Positions 37,953-50,178 of a stretch of 64,000 bases of DNA are shown here, piece after piece. Position numbers and translations under genes: made by a program. How positions within the stretch are numbered: position 1 is the stretch's first letter; each line of letters begins with the position of its first letter. Source of the DNA: Felis catus (lineage: Eukaryota); the NCBI RefSeq assembly GCF_018350175.1, contig NC_058368.1, forward strand, positions 137,518,001 through 137,582,000. The letters are read 5' to 3'. The notes under the pieces were generated by a model. That model was not told the DNA's origin and searched no databases. It was given only the letters and a program-made list of their open reading frames with translations.

Positions 37953-37986
<34 letters not shown>
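37953..37986. repeat. (GT)17 microsatellite, 15 nt after an exon donor
   Basis: Seen directly. Confidence 0.95.
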
Positions 37987-37989
<3 letters not shown>

Positions 37990-38432
37990 GTGGGGAGGGG
38001 GCTTGGTAATATATTTGCAGAGTTACATTTTGATTCTCTATAGGTTAGAGTTTTCTATTTATTTACCTGGGTTTTTGTTTTTTTGGTTTTTTTTGCTATC
38101 ACATATAGTCATTTAGCAATTGTCTTTCCAAACAAAACAAAACAAATCACTATAATCATCAGTGGTGATGGCTTTTCTCCCCAGTTTATTTACATTCTTG
38201 CCCAAGCTTTGTGCGCCATCTGCTGTGTGATATATCTGTAAGATCAGGATGATGGCAGCTGACCTAGAAGTGGGATAGAACTTTGAATATTGGCTTAATG
38301 TGTATCTTTGGGGAATGTGTAATGTTTGCAGGAGAGACCTAAAATGTATGTTTCATTTATGAGACTCTTGTAGAATTGGTTTAACCTCCTTCTTTTAAGA
38401 AAGTGTTTTGGTGGGGATCCCCCCCACCCCCA

Positions 38433-39071
38433 GTTTATTTCGATAGAGTGTGCATGAGCAGGGGAGGAGCAGAGAGAGAGAGGGAGAGAGAATCCCAAGC
38501 AGTCTCCACATTGTCAGCGCAGAGCCCGACACAGGACTTGAACCTACAAACTGTGAGATCATGTCCTGCACCAAAATCAAGAGTCAAGCTTAATGGGCTG
38601 AGCCACCCAGGCACCAATTTTTTTTTTCTTTTTATGATCAGAGAAAGCCTTTCTTTTTGAAAAAATGTATTTTTAAATTTTTGTTAGTTTTTTTTTTTAT
38701 TTTTGAGAGAGAGACAGAGTATGAGGGGGGGAGGGGCAGAGAAAGAGGGAGTCTCAGAATCTGAAGCAGGAACCAGGTCCTGAGCTGTCAGCACAGAGCC
38801 CCACACGGGGCTCAAACTCAGGAAATGTGAGATCATGACCTGCGTGGAAGTTGGATGCTCAACTTATTGAGCCACCCAGGTGCCCCTAGAAAAAAAATAT
38901 TTTTGAGAGAGCACGAGCACGGGATGGACAGAGAGAGACAGGGTACAGAGGATCCGAAGCAGGCTCTGCACTGACACTAGTGAGCCTGATGTGGGGCTCG
39001 AATTCATGAACTGAGAAATTGTGACCTGAGCCAAAGTCAGGCTCTTAACCCACTGAACCACACAGGCGCCC
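38433..39071 (-). mobile_element. Cluster of three CanSINEs (38433-38615; 38675-38886 nested in the tail of 38655-39071)
   Basis: Outer TSD GAGAAAGC(C/G)TTTCT at 38641 and 39073; inner TSD-like gaaaaaatgtattttt / gaaaaaaaatattttt. Confidence 0.88.
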
Positions 39072-39608
39072 TGAGAAAGCGTTTCTGATGTTAAGTTTAA
39101 GCAGATATTTCAAAGACATTGAGGAGCCAACCATGCAGATGTCTGAGGGAAGAGCATTCCAGTGAGTGTAAAAGACTGAGGTAGAAGCATGCTTGACATA
39201 TTCAAAGGAAAGAGAAATATGTCACTAAGTTGGAGTTAGCAAGGAGGGGAGTGGTCAAAGAGGAGTCCTTTGAGGGGCCAGATCAGGCTGGGAATTAGAG
39301 ACCATGGTAAAGAGTGTGGAGTTTATTCTGAGCAGGGTGGGAACCAGTGAAGGTCTTTGAGCAGAGAAAGTTACTTATAAGTGTTTTGAAGGAATACTCT
39401 GGCTGCCATATGGAGAATAAACTAGAATGAGCCAGAGTACAAGCAGAGAGAGAGAAGGTTAACTGCAGCAGTCCAGGTGAGAGATGATGGTGGCCTATAT
39501 AAGGTTATTAACTGAGGAAGTCATGAGTAATAGTGAGATATTGAATTCATTTTGAAAACAGAGTTGTCAAGATTTGCTAAGGGAGTCGGTTGGTAACAAA
39601 TGAATACA

Positions 39609-39788
39609 GGGTGCCTGGGTGGCTCACTCATTAAGCATTTGACTTTGGCTCACGTCATGATCTCCTGGTTCATGAGTTTAAGTCCCATACTGGGGGGACT
39701 TGAGCCCTGCTTCAGGTGAGCTCAGGCCCCACTTCTCTCTCCCTCTACCTCTTGCTCACTTGTGCCTTCTTGCTCTAAAAAAAAAAAA
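39609..39788 (+). mobile_element. CanSINE
   Basis: TSD acaa(a/c)tgaataca. Confidence 0.88.
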
Positions 39789-40202
39789 GACAACTGAATA
39801 CATGATACTGGATTTCAGGGCCTAGGTCATAGGCTAGAGATGAAATACTTAGTAGTCATTAACTTGTATACGATACTTAAAACCACAAAGCCTTGGAAGA
39901 GGTCTGATGAGGATTGTGGCTCCCTTCAGTGGTTAGAAAACAGAAAGACAAAATGATTGGGTAAAGGAGTTTGAAACTACAAGCAACGAGAGGTGAGGAG
40001 AGAATCAGAAGAGCAGTGTACCAAAACTAGGTGAATAAAACCCTTTTGTGAAGGATGGTGTGAAGCTGTATCGGATGCTTCTGATTCGTCAAGAAAAATT
40101 GAATTTTGACATTATGGAGGTCATTGGTGACCTTCACAAGAGCAGTTTGTCAAGTGGTAGAGATGAACTCCCTCTAAGCATGCTTTCAAGAGTGGGAGAA
40201 GA

Positions 40203-40409
40203 GGGGGCATGTGGGTGGCTCAGTCAGTTAAGCATCTGACTTCTGCTCAGGTCATGATCTCCCTGCTCTTGAGTTTGAGCCCCTCATCAGACTCTGCTGA
40301 CAGTTCCGAGCCTGGAGCCTGCTTCAGATTCTGTGTGTCCCTCTCTCTCTGCCCCTCCCCTGCTCGTGCTCTGTCTGTCTCCCTCAAATATAAAACATAA
40401 AAACTAAAA
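40203..40409 (+). mobile_element. CanSINE
   Basis: TSD-like caagagtgggaga / caagagtaggaga. Confidence 0.9.
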
Positions 40410-41632
40410 CAAGAGTAGGAGATGATGCAGATACAACTGTATTTGGAAGGAGCAAGTATAGAAAAATTTAGGATGTTTTGCTCTAAGTGAAAGCAGAGAG
40501 GTGTAGTGATAGAGAAGTGATAGAGTCAGAGGAAGTTTTTATTAATTTTAGTGTGAGTTTTTTAAAGATACACATTTCAGCATGTCTATACACTAATGGG
40601 GAAGATCCAATATTTTTGGAAAAAATTGGGTAGGAAATTTCAGGAAACAGGGTAGTTGCATTAGAGAAGTCTCTGGTATGTAACAGATGAGCTTCAGTGC
40701 AGAAGCAGTGAGATCGGCCTTACGTGCACAAACTGATCTCTTGAAACAGGAGGAAAGGTATGGATACAGAGTCAAGTAGGAGTTCACCTGTGAGACTGTA
40801 AGGAAGTTCTTTACTGATTTTATTTCCTCAGTAAAATTTAAAGTCGATGGCTGCGAGTAGAGGGAAGGAATATTTCAGACTGGAGAAGAAGGAAGGTATG
40901 AGAAGAGGTAGAATTGCATGATAGACCAGGAAATCCTAGGAGGAAAGGAGGGTTTGAAGGAATAAGTGAAAAGGTAGTAGGAACAATGGATTGTGGAGGC
41001 TTTGATGAGAATTGTTGGAGATGTGGTACTAGACAGAGTAAGTTGGGAAAAGAGGAAGTGGCCAATAGAGGAATGAGGAGGCTGAAATCAAGATTATGGA
41101 GGGGCTGCTGTGTGACCGAAGTAGGCTGGAAGACAGGATTGTTTGGAGACAAGGGGCTGAGAACTAGGTGCCCAAAATATCAAGAGCATTATCTGTGTGG
41201 ATATTGAAATCACTACAGATTGTGATAGGAGTAATGATACAGAGACAGACTGACAGCAGGCAAAGAGCTAACATTTTCAGAAAAATCAAACAGTGTTGAA
41301 AGGGATGGAGTAGCAAGTAGTATACTGAGTTAGATAGGAGGCGGGAGGTTTTTAGGAAGGATGTAGGAATATAGAGTTGGAAGAGGCAATGAGGAGCTAG
41401 GAAGACCTCTCCCACTGCCACTCAGGCCTTGTATTTAGTGGGGTTTCAGTGAAAAATAGCTCCAACTGAGGATGGTGTTACCAGGGAAGCAGTCTCCTTA
41501 AGGGACAGCCAGGGGGTGGTTTTTCTGAACAAGTGAAGAGATGTGATCTTTACTCTTACATTTGTGTTTGGAGTTTAATTATTAAAGCGCCTTATTTAAA
41601 CCACTTAAAATTTTCCAAATCCCTAATTTCAG

Positions 41633-41788
41633 GTGTATTGTGAAGATCACTGGTGACATGACAATATCGTTTCCGAGTGGAATTATTAAAGTCTTCACTA
41701 GCAATCCATCTCCAGCTGTGCTGTGTTTCAGGGTGAAACATATCAGCAGACTAGAGCAAATTCTTCCAAATGCTCAACTTGTGTTCAG
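41633..41788 (+). CDS. FCHO2: FCHO2 exon, 156 nt (K)[51 protein letters not shown](S)
   Basis: tttcag|GTGT acceptor; TTCAG|gttcgt donor; phase 2/2. Confidence 0.94.
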
Positions 41789-42120
41789 GTTCGTGTACTC
41801 TCGTTTTGAAGGTGAAGTTAAATTTTTCCTGCTTCATTGAAGCAATAATTCAGTTGGATGACAATACAAAAGTTATGATTAAACAGCCTTCTGCGCTCTG
41901 TGCTTTTGCTGGTGATGGTATTTGTTAAGTCCTTCTCTTCTGTTACCTCATTTTTCAAACAAGTTTCTGCTATGTTTTATTCTTTATCCCCCTTAGTTTT
42001 CCCTCATCCCACCTTTTGGTTTATTTCTACTAGTCTTTCCCAGGTCACCAAATAACAATACAGAGGCAAAGGATGAAGCTAAGTTAAATAAAATAACAAA
42101 AATATTTCTTATGCATACAG

Positions 42121-42253
42121 TGATCCATCACAGTGTGATTCTAACACAAAAGATTTTTGGATGAACATGCAAGCTGTTACTGTCTACCTCAAGAAGCTAT
42201 CAGAGCAAAATCCAGCTGCTTCTTATTATAATGTAGATGTATTAAAGTATCAG
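42121..42253 (+). CDS. FCHO2: FCHO2 exon, 133 nt (S)[44 protein letters not shown]
   Basis: atacag|TGAT acceptor; CAG|gtaagt donor; phase 2/0. Confidence 0.94.
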
Positions 42254-45026
42254 GTAAGTGTTCTATCCTTGTAAAAATCATAAATTAAAATATTAATAAA
42301 TAGATTCTCATAGATTAAATGAGTAATGTGTTATGGCCTCATGAGTTTTATTCCAGGAATTCAAGGAAACTCATTGAAGCCAAAGGAAATTGATGATCAA
42401 ATTCACTATTCCTGATTCAAATACTGAGTAAATATACATGAATATGTCCTTAACCTGAAAAGACCAGCAACATCAGTCTTAATAATGAAACACACAAAGC
42501 AGTTAAAGTCTGGAGTAGCAAAGACATCTATTATTCTCATTAACTGTAAGAGATTTTTCTGGATGTGTTAGTACAGTTACACAAGAGAATAAAGCAGTAA
42601 TAGTGGAAGGAGGAACCCAAATTACTGTTACTTACAGGTGATGTTATATTCCTGGAAACCTAAGAATGAACTGAAAAACTATTTGCTGTAGGGGTTTTTA
42701 ATAAAGAGGTGAGTTTAAAAATTAATGCAAAGATTAGTAGCTTTCTAAATATCCAGTTAGGAATATTAATGCAGAAAAATTTTGACAATTAAACTTATCA
42801 GACTTGGAGAGGTGCTAGAAGATGGCAATATAGGAAGATCTGGAACTCTCCTCCTCCTGTGGACACACCAAAGCTACAGCTACTCTGGAACAGTTTCCTC
42901 TGAAAAAGACCTGAAAACCACCTGAACAGCTCCATCACATTAGCAAACAAGCAGAGGGTCACATGGAAGCATGCAGGAGGGGTGAGACCCATTCTCCCCA
43001 CAAACTCCACCACCAGCACTGTGACCCACAATCAGAAGGGAACTCACAAACCTGGAGCTAATTCCCAAGTGAAAAGTTCATACCCCTATCAGGCATCCCA
43101 CCTTTTAAGATCTGTACCTGAGAGAAGAGCCCCCAAAACTTCTGGCTTTGAAAAGCACCAGAGCCCATGCCCATGATACCCAAGGGCTATGGTGATCTGA
43201 GAAACACCTTCTAGAGGATTCTCACACAGACTCAGTCTAGGGACCAATGCAGAAGCAGCCAATCAAAAGGTGACCACATTATATGAGAAAAGAGAGTCAT
43301 TTGGCTTATCATAAAGTGTGAGCCAGTGAGGCAGAGGCCTACTGAGATACTCTCCAGGGAGAGAGGAGCTAGTAGGCAGCACTTTAGTGCCCAAAGCTGG
43401 CAGGTGCCATACACACACACGCACACCCCCCCCCCCAGATTTTTAATATGTATATTAAAATAATTTATATATTATATATTAACTCCAGATTTTTTCTTTT
43501 CTTTAAAAGGGTGCCATTTTTATGATCCAGGGAACATAGGCTGAGCGATGTCATTTTTTGTGCTCTCCTGCCTTGCTGCAGCTTGTGGTATCTCCCAGAA
43601 GGGAGCTTATACACTTGTCTGGAGCCCTGATGTTTTCAACTGTTGCCTAGCGGGACACCTCTAGATTGCCTGGTCTGGTGGCCAGCAGGGCTCATGCTTG
43701 TGGTCTTGCAAGACCAGTTATATTTGCATTCTTTAAAAGCTGCTGCCTGATGGTTTGGCTTCCAGTCAGTCTCAGTCTAGGTGCTGACAGGTCTTGGCAC
43801 ACCCTCAACAATTGGGAGCTATTAAAGAATAGGCTTCTTTGGTAATCACAAAGTTTCAAAAGACAAGCAACAGCTAAGGCAAGGTTGAATGATAAAGGGT
43901 CATGTGCATGAGGCCACTCTTTCAAGAGTGGGAGAGGTGGCTGTTTCATCTAATACATAGAAGCAAACAGGGTCAAACAAAATAAAGGAACAAAAGAATA
44001 TGTTCCTAATCAAGGAACAAGATAAAACCTCACAAAAAAGCCTTAATGAAGTGGAGGTAAGTAATTTACCTGATAGAACATTCAAAGTAATGGTCATAAG
44101 GATGCTCATTCAACTCAGGATAACAATGGATGAACCCAGTGAGAACTTTAACAAAGAAACAGAAAATATAAGAAAGTATCAAATAGAAGTTACAGTGCCA
44201 AAGAATATAATATCTGACTGAAAAACTAGTGATGTTCAACAGCAGGTTAGATGAATCAGAAGAGATTGGTGAACTTGATGACAGAACAGTGTAACTCACC
44301 CAATCAGAGCTGCAAAAAGAATGAAAAAAGTGAGGAAAGCTCAAGGGACTTAAAGGGGCAACCTCAAGCAGACTAACTTTTGCATCAGGTGTTCCAGAAG
44401 GAGAGGATAGAGAAAAGCACAGACAACTTGAAGACCTGATAGCTGAAAACTTCCCTAACCTGGGGAAGGAAACAGACATCCAGATCCAGGAAGCCCAGAC
44501 AGTTCCAAATTAGATGATCTTAATGAGACTTCTGCAAGACATAATTAAAATATCAAAAGTCAAAGGTAAAGAGGTCTTAAAAGTAGCAAGAGAAAAACCA
44601 CTTGTTATATATCTGCTGAGGCTATCAGATTTTTTTTGGCACAAACCTTGTAGGCCAGAAAGGAGAGATCAGGATACATTCAAAGTGCTCAAAGAAAACA
44701 ATCTCCAACCAAGAATACTCTACCCTGGAAAGTTTTCATTTAGAATTGAAGGAGAGAGAAAGAGTTTTCTGGAAAAGCAAAAGCTAAACAAGTTTATTAC
44801 AAATAAACCAGCCTCACAAGAAATGTTAAAGGAACTTTTTTAAGCTGTAAAGGGCACTAATTAAAAAAGTATAAATCTCACTGGTAAAGGTAAACATATG
44901 GTAAAGGTGGAATGGATTAATTACTCATAAAAGGTAGGATGAAGGTTAAAAGACAAGAATAGTAAAATTAACTACAATAATCAGTTAAGGGATACGCTAG
45001 ATAAAAAGATACAAAATGTGATCTCA

Positions 45027-45224
45027 GGGGCACCTGGGTGGCTCGGTTGAGCATCTGACTTTGGCTTCAGGTCATGATCTCTGGTTTGTGGGTTCGAGCC
45101 CTGTGTCAGGCTCTGTGCTGACAGCTTGGAGACTGGAACCTGCTTTGGATTCTCTCTCTCTCTCTGTCTCTCTCTCCCTCTCCCTCTTCCCCCTGGCTCG
45201 TGCTCTCAAAAATAAACATTAAAA
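45027..45224 (+). mobile_element. CanSINE in L1
   Basis: ggggcacctgggtggctc head, CT tract, A tail. Confidence 0.9.
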
Positions 45225-45680
45225 TGATTGTTTTAATGTAACATTAAAAACATAAAATGTGCAATGGAGGGAGACTAAAAATGATGTAGAGCTTTAGAAT
45301 ATGTTCAATTTTCAGTTCTCAACTTAAAATACTTATAAATATAGGTTGTTATATGTAAGCCTCATGGTAACTATAAAATAAAAATGTATAGTAGATACAT
45401 AAAAAATGAAAAGGAATTTAAGCCTATCAGTAAATACTGTCATCAAACCACAAAGGAAGAGCACAGGTGGAAAAAAAAAAAAAAAAAACAACAACAGATG
45501 AACTACAAAAACAGCCAGAAAACAGTTAAGAAGATGCCAGTAAGTACATACCTGTCAATAATTAACAATGAATGGACTAAATTATCCAGTCAAAAGAGAA
45601 TGGATGAGTGCGTTAAAAGTATCACCCATGTATAATGCTGTGCATAAGAGACTCACTTCATATAGAAGGACAGAGTTAAT

Positions 45681-45896
45681 GGGGCGCCTGGGTGGCTCAG
45701 TCGGTTAAGCGTCCGACTTCGGCTCAGGTCATGATCTCACATTTCGTGAGTTCGAGCCCCGTATCGGGCTCTGTGCTGACAGCTCAGAGCCTGGAGCCTG
45801 CTTCAGTTTCTGTGTCTCCCCGTCTTTCTGCCCCTCCCCTGCTCATGCTCTGCCTCTCTCTCAAAAATAAATAAAACATTAAAAAAAAAATTTAAA
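45681..45896 (+). mobile_element. Felid CanSINE in L1
   Basis: TSD AAGGACAGAGTTAA (45666-45679, 45897-45910). Confidence 0.95.
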
Positions 45897-45968
45897 AAGG
45901 ACAGAGTTAAAATGAAGGGATGGAAAAGGTACTCCTTACAAATAGAAATCAAAAGCTGGGGTAGGTTA

Positions 45969-46185
45969 GGGGTGCCTGAGTGGCCCAGTCGGTTAAGCAT
46001 CCAACTTCGGCTCAGGTCATGATCTTGGGGTTTGTGCATTCGAGCCCCGTGTCGGGCTCTGGGCTGACAGCTCAGTGCCTGGAGCCCACTTCAGATTCTG
46101 TGTCTGCCTCTGTCTGCCCCTCCATTGATTGCACTCTGTCTCTCACATTGTCTCAAAAATAAATAAACATTAAAAAAAAAAAAAA
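45969..46185 (+). mobile_element. Felid CanSINE in L1
   Basis: TSD-like ctgggg(t/c)aggtta. Confidence 0.93.
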
Positions 46186-48780
46186 ATCTGGGGCAGGTTA
46201 ATAAACAAAATAGACTTGAAAATTAGAGGAATTAAGAGAAAAGGGCATTATATAGTGATAAAGGTGTCACTCCACCAAGATGATGTCATATTTGTAAATA
46301 TTTATGCACCCAACAGTGGAGTACCTAAATCTACCTTTTAAGAGACCTTAAAGGGAGAAATTGAGAACAATACAAAAGGGGAATACCCTACTTACGTCAT
46401 CTAGACAGACATCAATAAGAAAACGTTTTTCTTAAATGACATGATAGACCAGATGGACTTAAAAGATATATACAGAACATTCCATCCCAAAGCGGTATAT
46501 ACCTTCTTTTCAAGTGCACATGGGACATCTCTAGAGAAGATCATAGGTTAGGCCACAAAACAAGTATTAATAAATTTGAAAAGATAGAAATCCTGTTATG
46601 CATCTTTTCTGACCAAAATGATACGAAACTAGAAATCAATTATGGGAAGAAGACTGGGAAATTAAACAATATGCTACTCGACCATTTGGTCAATGAATAA
46701 ATCAAAAGAGAAATGAAAAGTTATCTTGAGACCAATGAAAATGGACATATGCCAAAATTACTGGATGTAGCAGAAACAGTGCTAAGAAGGATGTTCCTGT
46801 CAGTAAATGCCTACCCAGCAAACAAAAATCTCAAACTTCCTTTACACCTCGGAGAACTAAGAAAATGAAGAATAAAGCCACAGTTAGTGGAATGGACGAA
46901 GTAACCAAGAGCAGAAATCAAATACAAATTAAAAATACAATAGAAAAAACTAAGCTGGTTCTTTGAAAAGATAAATAAAATTGATAAACTTTTAATCAGA
47001 TTCACCAAGAAAACAGCAGAGAGGGTGCAAATAAAGTCAGAAATAAGAGAGGAGACCTTACAACTGATACTATGCAAATACAAAGGGTCATGAGAAACCA
47101 CCACGAACGATTTTATGCCAACAGATTGAACAGCCTAGAAGAAATAAATTTTTAGAAACAGACAGCCTTCTAAGACTGAATCCTGATAAAGTAGAAAATC
47201 TCAATAGACCAGTTACTAGTAAAGAGACTGTATCAGTAATCAAAAACCTTCCAGGAACAGAAGTCCAGGACTACACTGTCTCACTGGTGAATTCTGCCCA
47301 ATTTTCAGCGAAGAATTATTACCAATCTTTCTCAAACTTTTCAAAAAAAAAAAAAAAAATAGAAGAGGAGGCAGCAATTCCATTATGCTAAGTGAACTAA
47401 GACAGTGAAAGAGAAATACCGTATAATTCCACTTCTATGTGGAATCTAAAAAACAAAATGCCAAGCTCAGAGGCAACAGAGAACATACTGTTTCCAGATA
47501 TAGGGTTTGGAGGGAGGTAGACAAAGTGGGTGAAAGGATTCAAAAGTATAAACTTCCAGTAATAAGTCATGAGGATGGAAGATAGAGCATCATGACTAAG
47601 GTTAGTAAAACCATATTGCATATTTCAGAGGTGCTAAAAGAGTAAATCTCAATCCTCATCACGAGAAAAAGTAGTTGTGATTATTTTGCAGTATATAAAA
47701 TATTGAACCTTTATGTAGTCCACCTGAAACTCATGTCAATTATACCGCAATAAAATTTAAAAAACATGTTAAACTATCCTTTCCTGTAATCACATTGAAC
47801 ACATAATAAAAACTAATTAGGAAGAAACCTAACACTATTTCTAATGAGTTGAATATAGTTATAAAGGTATACTTTATTCAGATGAAGAGTCATGTTGTAA
47901 AAAGCTTAGGTGTTTCTAAATTAACTTAGAAATTTAATGCGATCCTGATCAGAAATCCAGTGGAAGTGTGTATATATTGGTGTTTGGACAGTCATTTTCA
48001 AGTTTTCCGGAAGAATAAAGCTTGGAATAAAAATGTTTTCAATGGTAATGTGGAGTAATGTTTTAGTTTTAATGGGGTAAAGTCATGGATGAATATAAAG
48101 TGTGCAAGTGTGTGTGTATATATGTATATTTTTAATATGTATATGTTTTTACATATTTTGATCTTGAAGTGTCAAGACCTTTTTAAGTGTAATACAGAAC
48201 CCAGAAGCCATGGTATGAGAGGGATATTTGACAATAAATAAATGTGTATAAATTCTTTGTTAAAACAAAGTCTTAAACAGAATTGGTATCTAATCTGAGG
48301 GAAAAGTTTTCATAATATAATAAGACAGACCAAAAGGCTTACTCTGAAGAGCTCTTTTAAATAAAAGATGGTTAACTCAAGAGATAGGTAACTTATGAAA
48401 GATGTTTCATGTCTATAGTAATCAGAGCAGTGGATACTAAGGTGACAATGAGATAGCAGTTTTAGCCCATCAGATTAACAAAAATGGGAAAGACTGTATT
48501 AAGAGAGCTGTGACCACTTGTTAGTAGGCATACAAATTAATCGAACTTCTTAGAAAGCAGTTCTGTTACATTGTTGAATAGCTGTTGGATTAAACTGCTG
48601 AATAGTCAAACCTTTAATTCCACTTCAAGAAATCAGTTTGTCAAAAATAGCACACATGGGAGGAAAAAAAGAAGATAAGGTGCAAAGGATTTTCACTGCA
48701 GCACTGTATGGAAACCATGTGAGCACACATCTATAGAAGACAATGATTAAATGAATTACTACAGCCATTAGAAATAATTA

Positions 48781-49000
48781 GGGGCGCCTGGGTGGCTCAG
48801 TCGGTTAAGCATCCGACTTCGGCTTAGGTCATGATCTCGCGGTCCATGAGTTCAAGCCCCGCGTCAGGCTCTGTGCTGACTGCTCAGAGCCTGGAGCCTG
48901 TTTCAGATTCTGTGTCTCCCTCTCTCTCTGAACCTCCCCCGGTTCATGCTCTGTCTCTCTCTGTCTCAAAAATAAACGTTAAAAAAAAATTAAAAAAAAA
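48781..49000 (+). mobile_element. Felid CanSINE
   Basis: Near-consensus, CpG-rich. Confidence 0.95.
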
Positions 49001-49332
49001 GAAAGAATAAGATCTGTGCATGCGTGCCTACAGTGTTAACAGTGGGGAGTAAGAATGCTAAGGGATAAATTTCCTACTTCATATACTTAATGTATTATGT
49101 GAAATTTTAATAGAGTAATTGTATTAATATGGCTTACGTTTTTGGGAAATAAGGAATAGAAAATGGTGCAACTTAAGTAGGTTTAGAGTTTATTCCGGGT
49201 ATTCATTATTCTTAATTCAGTAAACATGTATTATTCAGTGCTTGCTAATTGCCAGGAATAGCATGAGAGGTAGTATGTATGTATGTTTTGTTATCTCGAA
49301 AAAAGGCATAGTGTTCACAATAAGGAAAACTG

Positions 49333-49361
49333 AGGGGTACCTGGGTGGCTCAGTTGGTTAA
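49333..49361 (+). mobile_element. Tailless 29-nt CanSINE/tRNA 5' head retrocopy
   Basis: AGGGGTACCTGGGTGGCTCAGTTGGTTAA between perfect 16-bp repeats ACAATAAGGAAAACTG (49317-49332, 49362-49377). Confidence 0.88.
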
Positions 49362-49644
49362 ACAATAAGGAAAACTGGAAATGCAATGTTAGTGTACATT
49401 TAAACAGGGTGATCAGGGTAGGTCTCATTAAAAAGGAGTTAACTTGAGCAAGGATCTAAAGAATGGGAAGGAATTGCACCATTTACTAGGGGTCATGTGA
49501 TTAAAATTAAACACTTGGAAGTCCGGAAGTATTCTAATTCCAGACTTGCAATATTGCCTGGTGACTTATCCTTCTTTTTTTTTTTTTAAATTCTTTTAAT
49601 TCGTAAGGAATCTTAGAATTGAATTCTGTGTTGGATGTTGAAAG

Positions 49645-49825
49645 GGATTCTTAAGTTAACATGCATAAAGAAGAATCACCTGATGGCATACTTCTTTCTG
49701 GACCTAGCACCTAAGCAGTTGAGTCAGATTTTCTGCATTTGGACCTATAGGAATGTGTATTTTGCACAACTGTCATGGACATTTTGATGTGGGTAGTCCT
49801 AGATCCACACTGTGAGACTGGCTCT
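49645..49825. mobile_element. Degenerate MER5-like hAT MITE
   Basis: gaatcacctg...ggaatgtgtattttgcacaa...gatccacactgtgaga. Confidence 0.45.
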
Positions 49826-49978
49826 TACTCCTCGGAGATAAGCCTGCTTTCTTCTGCCTAACGATATTTCCATCATTATTTTTGATTCTGAGAACTCTTG
49901 TGTTCAAGCATACATGTCTTCAGCATGACTTGTTTACTTTTTGGGCAAAAACTAACTTTTTTCTTTTTCTCTTTAAAG

Positions 49979-50178
49979 GTATCATCAAATGGTATTCAGT
50001 CCACTCCTCTAAATCTTGCAACGTATTGGAAGTGTAGTGCTGGCACCACAGATCTTAGAGTGGATTATAAGTACAACCCAGAAGCTATGGTGGCACCGAG
50101 CGTGCTTTCAAACATACAGGTGGTGGTACCAGTGGATGGAGGAGTCACAAATATGCAGTCCCTTCCCCCTGCAATATG
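49979..50178 (+). CDS. FCHO2: FCHO2 exon, 200 nt [66 protein letters not shown](W)
   Basis: actaac branch + pyrimidine tract + aaag|GTATCA; ATATG|gtaaat donor. Confidence 0.95.

Larger units (their letters stand above)
39100..41550 (-). mobile_element. Long L2 relic interrupted by two SINEs
   Basis: Purine-rich L2-like motifs (gagatgatggtggcct; ggaggtcattggtgaccttc); minus ORF 41164..41421 contains ICSDFNIH, resembling the APE endonuclease motif GDFNIH. Confidence 0.7.
42805..47765 (+). mobile_element. Decayed L1: 5'UTR, ORF1 (~43950-44843), partial ORF2, internal deletion at ~47380, 3'UTR
   Basis: aagatggc 5' start; ORF1 peptides (LQPRILYPGKFSFRIEGE); endonuclease-region motifs; jump from the EEE/LPNSFY region to cattatgctaagtgaa. 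Confidence 0.88.
42330..48780 (+). mobile_element. Very old L1M ORF2/3' fragments (42330-42800, 47780-48780) flanking a younger L1
   Basis: ttacttacaggtgatgttatattcctggaaacc (FADD-like) resumes after 47780 with ORF2-end and 3'UTR motifs. Confidence 0.5.
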
